In this document: one piece after another, positions 1-9,213 of the stretch | Layout of the letters: each line of letters opens with the position of its first letter | Position numbering within the stretch: the stretch's first letter is position 1 | Assembly: GCA_964457775.1 (NCBI GenBank) | Contig: CAYWEW010000005.1 | Location: 5,398-69,397, forward strand | Direction of reading: 5' to 3' | Origin: an uncultured Candidatus Saccharibacteria bacterium | GTDB taxonomy: Bacteria; Patescibacteriota; Minisyncoccia; Phycocordibacterales; UBA5272 | Length of the DNA stretch: 64,000 bases | The notes under the pieces: generated by a model | What the model was told of the DNA's origin: nothing | The model's database searches: none | The model's input: only the letters and a program-made list of their open reading frames with translations | Translations under genes and position numbers: made by a program

Positions 1-164
1 ACACTGTAAATTTTAGTAAATTGAGTTAGTGGGATATCATGTACCGCCATTCAAAATGATTAAATGATAAATAAATTTTAATACTAAATTAGTAATTAAT
101 TTAAAATTAAGACTTATTCACTTTTTTTATTTATAAAACAGTGATGATAAGGTATAATTAATTA

Positions 165-1124
165 ATGAAGAACTCCCTTCAGCAACTAAAAGGAATAACA
201 ATAGCAACCGTATTCTTCTTTGGATTGTTATATGTACAAGCATGGACCGGAGCTCCAGCAGGAACACCACCAGCTAATAACGTAGACGCACCAATAAATG
301 TTGGTGTTGTAACTCAACTTAAATCAGGAGCTCTCGGTATAGATGGATTATTTAGATCATATGGAAGTGCTATTTTTGACGGAAGTGTGAAGATTTCTAC
401 TGGTGCAGGTTCTGGTAAAGTTCTGACTTCCGATGCAGATGGGAATGCTTCATGGCAAACCACTGCACCAGTATCTTCTGGAGGGGGAGGAGGGAGTTCT
501 CCTTATTGTGCTTTTAGTGGGCAGAGTAAGAGTGTTCAGGCTGGAGATAGTCCAAACTTTCAGTTTAAAGTCGCTACCTGTGCAATGAGTGTTGATTCTT
601 CTGGATTTCAAACAATAACTGTTTCTGGAGGTAACATAGACTTTACAAAGTGTTCAGAAACGCGGAATAATCAAGACTCCTTAAGTTGCTCTTTTACATC
701 AATGTATGACACACAAGCAAGTGCAAACGTGTCTTTTGATAGAAACACTGGTGTTATGACATGTGTATACTCTGATCCGTCTGGTGGTGGTACGCATACA
801 AATAATTTTACTTTTACAAAAGATCAAAGTAAGTGTGCTGGAGCCGGTTCGGCAGCTGAGACTGATCCAACGGTACTTACAAGTGTAAAGGATGGAGTGA
901 GTTGGAGTGAGATAACTGGCACACCATCAGTTGCGGTGAAGGGTAGTGTTCTTGGTGGATGTACCGGAGGAACAGATTGTTGGGGACAAATAAACCCGCC
1001 TAATTATCCTAATAGATGTCCTGCAGGGTCGACAGCACGAACTACTGGAACTGTTGATAATGGTATGGGGGGTTCAGACCAACCTGGTGGATTTCTTACT
1101 GTTTTTCTTTGTATAAAAAATTAA
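165..1124 (+). CDS. Secreted/surface protein, paralog A of a variable family (conserved N-terminal module, Cys-rich C-terminus)
   Basis: N-terminal hydrophobic anchor then AWTGAPAGTPPANNVDAPINVGVVTQLKSGALGIDGLFRSYGSAIFDG.VKISTG..GK.LTSDA.GNASW, shared about 80-90% with the ORFs at 40714 and 41564. The C-terminal half is unrelated and has more than 15 Cys. A -10 GGTATAAT lies 6 nt before the ATG (leaderless). Confidence 0.6.
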   Translation: MKNSLQQLKGITIATVFFFGLLYVQAWTGAPAGTPPANNVDAPINVGVVTQLKSGALGIDGLFRSYGSAIFDGSVKISTGAGSGKVLTSDADGNASWQTTAPVSSGGGGGSSPYCAFSGQSKSVQAGDSPNFQFKVATCAMSVDSSGFQTITVSGGNIDFTKCSETRNNQDSLSCSFTSMYDTQASANVSFDRNTGVMTCVYSDPSGGGTHTNNFTFTKDQSKCAGAGSAAETDPTVLTSVKDGVSWSEITGTPSVAVKGSVLGGCTGGTDCWGQINPPNYPNRCPAGSTARTTGTVDNGMGGSDQPGGFLTVFLCIKN

Positions 1125-1133
1125 TATTATGAA

Positions 1134-1220
1134 ACACTTACACAAACACCTCAAAGGAATAGCAATATCAACACTGTCCTTCTTTGGATTGTTATATGTT
1201 AATATTTCAAAATAATTTTC
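1134..1220 (+). pseudogene. Orphan 5' fragment (28 codons) of a family-A-like gene start
   Basis: MKHLHKHLKGIAISTLSFFGLLYVNISK* is clearly homologous at DNA level to the start of the 165..1124 gene (ggaata.caata.caac...ttctttggattgttatatgt) and sits directly after its stop. It then terminates. Confidence 0.4.
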
Positions 1221-1272
1221 TTTGTGCATAACTTAAGACTAGATCATTAATATTAGGGTATAATTAAATCAA

Positions 1273-2790
1273 ATGAAAAAAATTTTTAAAAACAAATCAA
1301 TAAGTATTAAATGGCTACTATCTGGATTGGTCGCAACTTTTACATTAGCTACTGTTTGGGCTTATAGTGTTTCTGGTTTTTTAGGATTTAATGGATACGC
1401 TTGGAGTGATACCATTGGATGGGTTTCCATGTCTTGTAAAACTGGAGGTCCAACAGGAAATGATATATGTGCAACAAATAATTATGGTGTAACTGTTAGT
1501 ACATCCACTGGTAATTTATCTGGTTATGCTTGGAGTGATAATATTGGCTGGATATCATTTAATAGTAGCGATGTATCAGGTTGCCCAGTTTCTCCATGTT
1601 CTCCAAAACTTACATCAACAGGTTTATCTGGTTTTGCAAAAGCATTAGCTGGTGGAACTGCAGAATCTGGTGGATGGGACGGATATATTGATTTGAGTTC
1701 AGTGATTAGAACATCAGAAACAGTATTATCGGGGTATGCTTGGGGAAGTGATGTTGTGGGTTGGCTTGACATGAGCGGAAGCGCAACTGACGGAGTAACT
1801 TTGGTATATGAGCCAACAACAGCCACATTATCGGCAAATCCAACCAGGGTTTCTTATAATGGTACATCTACTCTAACTTGGAATTCAGTTAACTCAACTA
1901 GTTGTACAGCAGGTGGAAATTGGTCAAACCTCACTCCACCTGTAGGAGATGCTTTAAGAGGAAGTGGTGGAACAGGAGTGCTTACTGAGGATCAATTATA
2001 CACATTCCAATGTAACGGTGCAGGAGGAACGTCTACTTTAGCTAGTGCTACAGTCTCTGTTTGTGATTCTGGAACACCGATGTTAAATAATTCAACCTGT
2101 CACGATGTTTCAAATTCAGTAACTAACACTTTAGGAAACTGTAACTACACTGCAAGTTGTACACTTACTATCACAAGTACTGGTAATGATTCATGTGTTT
2201 TATATAAAGATGGTGTAGCTACATCAGACTCAATTTCAGCAAACGGTACAACCTTAGTTAATTTAACTCAAGAGGGTAAATATATAACAAAATGTACTAC
2301 ATTATCTGATGATGGAAAAACATTCCTATCTCAAGCTCCTGTTTCCATTAATTATTCACCATACCCACCTAAACCAATAGTATCTTTAAGAGCCTCCCCG
2401 ACAAATATATCAGTTAACTCACAAACAGTACTTAATTGGACAGTAACATATCCTAATTCAGTACAAGAACATCCAACTAGATCAGCTTGTACTCTAACTG
2501 CTAAACCAGTATGTGCATTAGGAAATTGTAACGCCAGTCAAATATTGGCTTCAACAACCATTAATAATATTATTAAAACTGAAAATACCGACTCAAACGA
2601 TCCAAATGGTAGTAGAAAAATTACATCAGATGCGGTTAATGAAGTAGTTGGTGACCCAACTGTTTGGCAAGCGCGTGGTAAGAAAACATTCATTCTCGAT
2701 AAATCTATGGACTTCATTCTTAGATGTGGAGATGGTGTGAATGAAAGTCAGGGGGTGAGAGTGTTGGTGACTAGTAGTACTGAGGGGTAG
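1273..2790 (+). CDS. Secreted repeat protein (GYAWSDNIGWISF-type repeats plus C-terminal Ig-like domains)
   Basis: Signal anchor. Three repeats: SGYAWSDTIGWVSM, SGYAWSDNIGWISF, SGYAWGSDVVGWLDM. C-terminal segments resemble bacterial Ig-like or PKD-type domains (..TLTWNSVNSTSCTA.., ..VLNWTVTYPNS..). Leaderless GGTATAAT promoter 8 nt before the ATG. Confidence 0.6.
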   Translation: MKKIFKNKSISIKWLLSGLVATFTLATVWAYSVSGFLGFNGYAWSDTIGWVSMSCKTGGPTGNDICATNNYGVTVSTSTGNLSGYAWSDNIGWISFNSSDVSGCPVSPCSPKLTSTGLSGFAKALAGGTAESGGWDGYIDLSSVIRTSETVLSGYAWGSDVVGWLDMSGSATDGVTLVYEPTTATLSANPTRVSYNGTSTLTWNSVNSTSCTAGGNWSNLTPPVGDALRGSGGTGVLTEDQLYTFQCNGAGGTSTLASATVSVCDSGTPMLNNSTCHDVSNSVTNTLGNCNYTASCTLTITSTGNDSCVLYKDGVATSDSISANGTTLVNLTQEGKYITKCTTLSDDGKTFLSQAPVSINYSPYPPKPIVSLRASPTNISVNSQTVLNWTVTYPNSVQEHPTRSACTLTAKPVCALGNCNASQILASTTINNIIKTENTDSNDPNGSRKITSDAVNEVVGDPTVWQARGKKTFILDKSMDFILRCGDGVNESQGVRVLVTSSTEG

Positions 2791-2914
2791 AGGGACAGTT
2801 ATTAGTCTTTAGCTTTCGACGAGCGAAGAGCGAGGAAGAGGTACGCAGTCAACAGACGGAGGACCAGACTAAATAATTCTTCCAAAGTTATTAGCCAAAT
2901 ACGAATTTAATACA

Positions 2915-2950
2915 AAAAGAGTGACCACAAAGTGGCCACTCTTTTTATTC
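2915..2950 (+). terminator. Intrinsic terminator hairpin plus T-tract
   Basis: agagtgaccacaaagtggccactct followed by ttttatt. Confidence 0.6.
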
Positions 2951-3172
2951 TTGAATTGTCACCACTAAATTTCCAGGTTCTATCCTTGGAGGTGTATGTG
3001 AGTCATCGCACGAGTAAGTATAAATTCTTCTACGATCAGGGTTATTACGGAGCAGGAGCCATAACAGCAGCTTGAGAGAGGTGTAGCGCCTGTGGCCAAA
3101 CACTGGTTCTGGTGGAACTAAAACATTTTTGGTTTAAGAGGATTTTGACTGAAGTTCTCTTTTTTATTTCTA

Positions 3173-4144
3173 TTAAAATAATTCACGGATACCTTTTTCT
3201 AGTGACATCTTTGGCTCCCAGTCAAGTTTACTTTTAACTTTTGAGTTATCACCAACAAACCTCTTTGGTTCCTTTCTTGGTTCTATGTGTATAATAGTCG
3301 CTTCGTCGTAATTTTTTTCTGTGGCTATATTTTTTATTAGATGTGCCAGATCTAAGATTTTACTTTCCACACCAGCACATACATTAAAAACTTTACCTCT
3401 AAGTTCATCTTTTTCAAGGTTTTCTAGAAGTTGTAGATTTAAGCTTACAACATCGTATACATGTATAAAATCCCTTGTTTGTTCACCGTCACCACAAATA
3501 GTTACGGGTTGTTTATCTTTTATTTGTTTAATGAATCTACCAATAGCTGGAGCATAACTTCCTGTATCGTGTTGATCTGGACCCCAAACATTAGAATATC
3601 TAATAGATGTTATATTCATCCCATATAACTCAACATAAAGATTACCAAGTTGTTCTTTAATATGTTTACTTAGTGCGTATGGGTTCTCTGGAGCAGGGGT
3701 ATGGGACTCATGTTTAATACCATCAGCATTTCCGTATACCGCAGCAGAACTTGTAATAATTATATTTTGACAATCATTATTTCTAGCGGCTTCAAGTACA
3801 TTAATAGTTCCTTGAATATTTGTTTCAAAAGCTTTTTTTGGTTCATTGACACTGTTTGGTGAACTTATAAAAGCCGCTAAGTGAATAACTGCTTTTGCGT
3901 TTTTAAATATTGGTAAAATATTGTAATAATCTAAAACATTTAACTTGTGTATTTTGTTTTTAATGAAATCATTACTGAAATATTTTTTTAGTATATCATT
4001 GGATACTTCTTCCCCAGTAAATTCGTCAACTAAAATATCTATAATATGTACGTCATACCCTTTATCTAAAAGCGCCTTTGATATATGTCGGCCAATAAAT
4101 CCTGCACCACCCGTAACAATAATTTTTTCTGTTTCTTTTTTCAT
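3173..4144 (-). CDS. NAD-dependent nucleotide-sugar epimerase/dehydratase (SDR family)
   Basis: N-terminal Rossmann motif IIVTGGAGFIGRHI, a YxxxK-type catalytic region, length 323 aa. Confidence 0.85.
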   Translation of the reverse strand: MKKETEKIIVTGGAGFIGRHISKALLDKGYDVHIIDILVDEFTGEEVSNDILKKYFSNDFIKNKIHKLNVLDYYNILPIFKNAKAVIHLAAFISSPNSVNEPKKAFETNIQGTINVLEAARNNDCQNIIITSSAAVYGNADGIKHESHTPAPENPYALSKHIKEQLGNLYVELYGMNITSIRYSNVWGPDQHDTGSYAPAIGRFIKQIKDKQPVTICGDGEQTRDFIHVYDVVSLNLQLLENLEKDELRGKVFNVCAGVESKILDLAHLIKNIATEKNYDEATIIHIEPRKEPKRFVGDNSKVKSKLDWEPKMSLEKGIRELF

Positions 4145-4153
4145 GTATTATTT

Positions 4154-5479
4154 TTAAACTCCACTTTTACTTAATAATACCTTAAATGTTTTTAGAATAA
4201 TAGCAAGGTCTAGCATTAAACTACTATGCTCTAGATAATACAAATCATAGGCAAGCTTGGTGGTGGTTTGTTTTACATCAACACCAAATTTCGGAGCTTC
4301 ATGTTGCTGTACTTGTGCCCATCCAGAAAGCCCTGGACGAACAACGTGTCTTATATTATAGAATGGGATATTTTTTGCATATTCTTCAACCAATGAAGGA
4401 GCTTCCGGGCGTGGACCAATAAGCGACACATCGCCACGTATAACATTTAATAACTGAGGAATTTCATCCAACCTTGTTTTTCTCAAGAAACCACCAACTT
4501 TACTGATTTTTTTGGTTTCATTCTTTTCATTTGTTGGCTTATTTTCCATTGTTCTGAACTTATAAATTGGTACCAGTTTGCCATGTTTCCCGACACGATT
4601 ATGTACAAAAAATATAGGACCTTTATCTTCTAGTTTAATTGCTAGATAAATAAAGGGATAAAATATTAACGAGAAAATATAAGCAGGAACAGAAAGTAAT
4701 AAATCCAAAAATCGTTTGAAACCATTGTATCTGTGAGTTACACTAACATATCTAAACACCCACTCTTGATTAATTAGTTCAAGAGGTACCATATCAAAAA
4801 TATCCTCGTAAACATCTACAATATCTAAGACCGCAGAACCCTCGAATACTTCAGTATAAAAATGCCCAAAGTATGGTTTAATCCGCTCATCTCGCATATC
4901 AATAATTACAGAGTTTGGTTTTGTAGATTGCAAAACGTTTAGTATTTTTGACATGTCATATGTATCTACATCAATAATTGAAATAAGAGTAATGCCAGTA
5001 TGAGGATTACGAGTTAATTCATCAACAAGTTTTTTGAATGTGTCCCCGCTACCGATAATTATACTTTTTTGTTTTTTATAACGTAAAACAATAGAAAATG
5101 CATAATGTCTCCACAAACTCATAAGAGCAGATGAAATAATTACATATAGCAAAAGTATTGTTTTTGGTGCAAACCCTGAAATAGGAAGGGTGTAAAAAAT
5201 AATAACCGCACTAAGTGCTGCCAAAACTTGGCTAGTTAGAATACGTTTACTGAGCTCTCTAATTAATCTAAGTGAAGGCTTGTCATATAGTCCATAACTA
5301 TAAAAAATAGAAATGCTAACTAGAGTTATTAAAGAAAAAGGGACTAAAAATGATAAAAATAAGGAGTTTCCAGGTATTTCTCCTGCTCTTATCATGATTG
5401 CGATATATAGTGAGCCAAATAAAATACCACAATCAGCTATTAAAAGTAATAATCTTCCAGGTGTGTGTCTAATAATCAT
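4154..5479 (-). CDS. Polyprenyl-phosphate sugar phosphotransferase (WbaP/bacterial sugar transferase family)
   Basis: N-terminal TM helices. C-terminal motifs GKHGKLVPIYKFRTM and DEIPQLLNVIRGDVSLIGPRPE are typical of the bacterial sugar transferase domain. Confidence 0.85.
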   Translation of the reverse strand: MIIRHTPGRLLLLIADCGILFGSLYIAIMIRAGEIPGNSLFLSFLVPFSLITLVSISIFYSYGLYDKPSLRLIRELSKRILTSQVLAALSAVIIFYTLPISGFAPKTILLLYVIISSALMSLWRHYAFSIVLRYKKQKSIIIGSGDTFKKLVDELTRNPHTGITLISIIDVDTYDMSKILNVLQSTKPNSVIIDMRDERIKPYFGHFYTEVFEGSAVLDIVDVYEDIFDMVPLELINQEWVFRYVSVTHRYNGFKRFLDLLLSVPAYIFSLIFYPFIYLAIKLEDKGPIFFVHNRVGKHGKLVPIYKFRTMENKPTNEKNETKKISKVGGFLRKTRLDEIPQLLNVIRGDVSLIGPRPEAPSLVEEYAKNIPFYNIRHVVRPGLSGWAQVQQHEAPKFGVDVKQTTTKLAYDLYYLEHSSLMLDLAIILKTFKVLLSKSGV

Positions 5480-5515
5480 ATCTTATAGTATAATAGTACT
5501 ATATTATAGTATATT

Positions 5516-6613
5516 ATGAAAATACTCTATCTGATCACTAAATCCAATTGGGGAGGCGCTCAGAGATATGTGTATGATTTAGCAACTACATTCCAAGTAC
5601 GAGGACATCAAGTATCTGTTGCAACTGGTGGAGAAGGTGAGCTAATAAGTAAGTTACAAGAAAAGAATATTCACGTATATACGATGTCTAATCTTATTAG
5701 AGATGTACGTATAATGGCTGAATTAAAAGCATTTAAGGAAATTTATAATTTAATCAAAAATCAGAATCCAGACATTCTACATTTGAATAGTTCAAAAGCA
5801 GCGGGTATAGGTGTAGTTTGTGGAAGAATACTTGGAATTAAAAATATAATTGTAACGCTACATGGAGCACCCTTTAGAGAGGATAGACCATTTGTAATTA
5901 GAAAGTTAATTTACTTTTTTACATGGCTTACTTGTATGTTTGCACACAAAATAATTACAGTAAGTAAACAAGATGAAATGGACATAAGTTCCATGATTTT
6001 TTTGAGAAAAAAAGTTAGCACAATTTATCTAGGTCTTGCATATAATGATTTACCAGAACGCTCCATACCAAAATCAAGAACTATACATATAGTTACTATA
6101 GCAGAGTTACATAGGAATAAAGGTTTAGTCTACGCCCTCTCTGCTGTAGATAATCTTCATAAAGAGGGTTTGGATTTTAAATATTCAATTTTTGGAGAAG
6201 GTGAAGATAGACAAAAATTAGAGGAGTTTATTAATGCAAAACAATTAGATAACATTGTTATCCTTCATGGGCACGTAACTGGTGTTGCTGACAGATTGCA
6301 TGATTTTGACTTATTCTTGCTTCCATCAATTAAGGAAGGATTACCATACGTATTATTAGAAGCTGGAAAAGCTATGTTGCCTGTAGTAACAACAACAACA
6401 GGAGGAATACCAGAAATTGTGAGACATGAAGAAACAGGGTTATTGGTTTCTCCTAAAGATGTGGAACATTTAACTAAAGAATTAAAGCGCCTTATTTTAG
6501 ACCGAAGATTTGCAAAAAAATTGGGCCAAGCATTACGAGAGCATGTAGTACAGAATTTTTCACATAGTAAAATGATTGTGGAAACATCTAAGGTTTACGG
6601 ATTGATTAAATAA
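5516..6613 (+). CDS. Glycosyltransferase family 4
   Basis: C-terminal GT-B motif EGLPYVLLEAGKAMLPVVTTTTGGIPEIV. Confidence 0.85.
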   Translation: MKILYLITKSNWGGAQRYVYDLATTFQVRGHQVSVATGGEGELISKLQEKNIHVYTMSNLIRDVRIMAELKAFKEIYNLIKNQNPDILHLNSSKAAGIGVVCGRILGIKNIIVTLHGAPFREDRPFVIRKLIYFFTWLTCMFAHKIITVSKQDEMDISSMIFLRKKVSTIYLGLAYNDLPERSIPKSRTIHIVTIAELHRNKGLVYALSAVDNLHKEGLDFKYSIFGEGEDRQKLEEFINAKQLDNIVILHGHVTGVADRLHDFDLFLLPSIKEGLPYVLLEAGKAMLPVVTTTTGGIPEIVRHEETGLLVSPKDVEHLTKELKRLILDRRFAKKLGQALREHVVQNFSHSKMIVETSKVYGLIK

Positions 6614-6699
6614 TTAATTTATACAAGTTATAATTAAGCTTTAAATCACACATAATAAGGCTTGATTAATAACCAAAAATAATGTATAATTCCACAACT

Positions 6700-7326
6700 A
6701 TGATGCAAATTACTACTTCGCCTAGAAAGGCAAAAGAAACCAAAAAAGATGGATTTATACCTGCTGTTTATTATGGAACACATGCAGCTTCTACTCCTAT
6801 TTTTGTTGATATGATTGAATTTACAAAGGTTTTATCATCAGCCGGTGAATCAAGTTCTGTAACTCTAAAAACTGAACATGGAAATGAAACAGCTATGATT
6901 CAAGATGTACAAGTTCACCCAGTTAAAGGCCAAGTTATACATGTTGATTTTTATGTTCTTGAAAAAGGTCAAAAAGTTCACGTTAAGACACCTATAGTAT
7001 TCGTTGGTGAGTCAGCTGCAGTAAAAGCAGGAGGAGTGCTTGTAAAAGTTTTACAAGAACTTTCTGTTGAAGGAGACTCAACAAAACTTCCTCATGAGTT
7101 TTCTGTTGATATTTCTGCACTCGTTGATTCAAAGAGTGTAATACATGTGAGTGATGTTAAGCTTCCAGTAGGTGTTGAACTTTATCACATTAATGAAACT
7201 GATGTGGTGGCATCAATTTCTGCTGCGCAAGAATTAACAGAAGATGTTCCTGTTGCTACAGACTTAAGTACGATTGAGGTGGAGGCTAAAGGTAAGAAAG
7301 AAACAGAAGAGGCACCTGCAGAATAA
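6700..7326 (+). CDS. rplY: Ribosomal protein L25 / general stress protein Ctc
   Basis: KDGFIPAVYYG motif and length. The track start at 6682 overlaps a TGTATAAT -10, so the start is more likely the ATG at 6700 or 6703 (leaderless). Confidence 0.8.
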   Translation: MMQITTSPRKAKETKKDGFIPAVYYGTHAASTPIFVDMIEFTKVLSSAGESSSVTLKTEHGNETAMIQDVQVHPVKGQVIHVDFYVLEKGQKVHVKTPIVFVGESAAVKAGGVLVKVLQELSVEGDSTKLPHEFSVDISALVDSKSVIHVSDVKLPVGVELYHINETDVVASISAAQELTEDVPVATDLSTIEVEAKGKKETEEAPAE

Positions 7327-7339
7327 TATTTTTAATTAA

Positions 7340-7368
7340 AAAGCGACCACAAAGTGGTCGCTTTTTTA
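7340..7368 (+). terminator. Intrinsic terminator
   Basis: aagcgaccacaaagtggtcgc plus tttttt. Confidence 0.65.
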
Positions 7369-7426
7369 TCTACATATACCCCAAATATCTAAAGGTCAAC
7401 TGCTATGTTTCTGTTATACTGTATTA

Positions 7427-8782
7427 ATGAGACACTGGTTCGCTATTTTTATTGTTGCTATATTATTTTCCTCGTCACTTATCGCAGGAGATATGAGTGT
7501 TTTTGCGCAGCAATCACGTGAACAATTAGAAGCAGACTTGGTTAACTTAGAGGCACAAATAAAAGCATTAAATAATACTATCACTCAAACAAAACAACAA
7601 GGAACGACCTTAAAGAGTGAAATAAAACGTCTTGAGGGTGAAATAGCAACAAGAAAGAATCTAATACAAACAAAAGCAAAAGTTATTTCTAAATTAAATG
7701 TAAACATTGGAGAGAAGAATAGAACCATAAGTTTACTTGATGCGAAAGTAGAAAGAGAAAAAGATTCACTTGCACAGATAATGCGCAAAACTAGATATTT
7801 AGAGCAGTACTCTATTCTTGATTTTGGTCTTCAGTCTGGAAGCTTGTCTACCTTTTTTTCTGACGCAGACTCTTTTTCAACTTTAAACAGAGCTCTCAAT
7901 AATAGTTTAGAGGAAATAAGAGGAACAAAAACAGAAGTGGAAGAAGTAAAATCTCAACTTGAGGAAGTAAAAGATACCGAGACTCAAAAAAAACTTTCCC
8001 TTGAAAACGAGAAGAAAATGGTAGAAAAAAATCAAAAAGAAAAGAGTACGCTTCTTGTGATAACTAAGAATCAAGAGACGGAATATAAAAAAGTTCTTGC
8101 TCAAAGAGAGAAAGAAGCTGCTCAAATTAGAGCTAGGCTATTCGAACTTCGTGATGCAGGTAGTATTTCATTCGGGTCAGCATATGATTTTGCGCTCACA
8201 GCATCTAAGTCTACCGGAGTTCGTCCAGCTCTTATTCTTGCTATTCTAATGCAAGAGTCGTCATTAGGTATTAATGTTGGTTCTTGTTATCTTCGTGATT
8301 ATGATACAGGTAGTGGTATTAGTATAAAAAGTGGAGACACAAAACCAAGAACAATGCACCCTACACGTGATGTTCCTGTTTTCATATCATTATTATCAAA
8401 ACTTGGTCGTGACCCGCAAAAGACACAAGTTTCATGTTGGATTGCAATGTATAGTAGAGGAGAGCCAACTGGTTGGGGAGGGGCAATGGGGCCTTCACAG
8501 TTTATTCCATCAACTTGGAAACTTTTTGAAACAAGAATAGAAAAGATAACCGGTTCTTCAGTTGCTGACCCTTGGATCCCGTATCATGCTATTACAGCTA
8601 CATCACTTTATTTAGCAGACTTAGGTGCAGTTGCAGGAAATGAAGCAAGTGAACGTAATGCGGCTTGTAAATATTATTCAGGAAGGTCTTGTTCAGCATC
8701 GGGTGCTGGTGCTGGATATGGTAATTCTGTGATGAAAAAGTTGTATAGCATGCAACAAGATATTGATAAATTACAGAAATAG
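7427..8782 (+). CDS. Coiled-coil protein with C-terminal lytic transglycosylase (SLT-like) domain
   Basis: N-terminal TM, about 230 aa coiled-coil. The C-terminal domain has ILMQESSLG (catalytic Glu context) and AMGPSQFIPSTW, an SLT-type motif. Confidence 0.6.
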   Translation: MRHWFAIFIVAILFSSSLIAGDMSVFAQQSREQLEADLVNLEAQIKALNNTITQTKQQGTTLKSEIKRLEGEIATRKNLIQTKAKVISKLNVNIGEKNRTISLLDAKVEREKDSLAQIMRKTRYLEQYSILDFGLQSGSLSTFFSDADSFSTLNRALNNSLEEIRGTKTEVEEVKSQLEEVKDTETQKKLSLENEKKMVEKNQKEKSTLLVITKNQETEYKKVLAQREKEAAQIRARLFELRDAGSISFGSAYDFALTASKSTGVRPALILAILMQESSLGINVGSCYLRDYDTGSGISIKSGDTKPRTMHPTRDVPVFISLLSKLGRDPQKTQVSCWIAMYSRGEPTGWGGAMGPSQFIPSTWKLFETRIEKITGSSVADPWIPYHAITATSLYLADLGAVAGNEASERNAACKYYSGRSCSASGAGAGYGNSVMKKLYSMQQDIDKLQK

Positions 8783-8932
8783 CAGAAACCGTTGGTAGTT
8801 ATTAGTTAGGACGTTAGGGTAAATCTAACGAAGAACGACTAAATTCATAACGACTACAAGGATATTTCTTGTTTGCAAGTAGTCTTAAAATATGGTATAA
8901 TCCTAAAACTAAATAAACGTATTAAAACTATT

Positions 8933-9145
8933 ATGAAATCAGATATTCACCCAACATATTTCGAAAATGTAACTGCAACTTGTGCTTGCGGTGCAACATT
9001 TGCTGTAGGTTCTACAGCAGAGAAAATTTCTGTTGAAATTTGTTCAAGTTGTCACCCATTTTATACTGGTGAGGAAAAGGTTCTTGATACTAAGGGTAGA
9101 GTAGATAAGTTCAAGAAGAGAATGGCCGCAGTTAAGAAGGCGTAA
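8933..9145 (+). CDS. rpmE: Ribosomal protein L31
   Basis: [23 protein letters not shown]...[10 protein letters not shown]. Extended -10 TGGTATAAT at about 8886. Confidence 0.9.
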   Translation: MKSDIHPTYFENVTATCACGATFAVGSTAEKISVEICSSCHPFYTGEEKVLDTKGRVDKFKKRMAAVKKA

Positions 9146-9152
9146 CGTAGTT

Positions 9153-9190
9153 AAAAGCGCGAAAGACCATAGGTCTTTCGCGCTTTTTCT
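9153..9190 (+). terminator. Intrinsic terminator
   Basis: aaagcgcgaaagaccataggtctttcgcgcttttt. Confidence 0.7.
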
Positions 9191-9213
9191 ATGCTAAAAT
9201 TAATTCAAACAAT

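Noticed and set aside
1524-1826. Numerous short antisense ORFs inside long genes (for example 1524..1826, 17336..17848, 43129..43438, 55528..56323)
   Set aside because: They lie fully inside well-supported genes on the opposite strand, with no independent signals.
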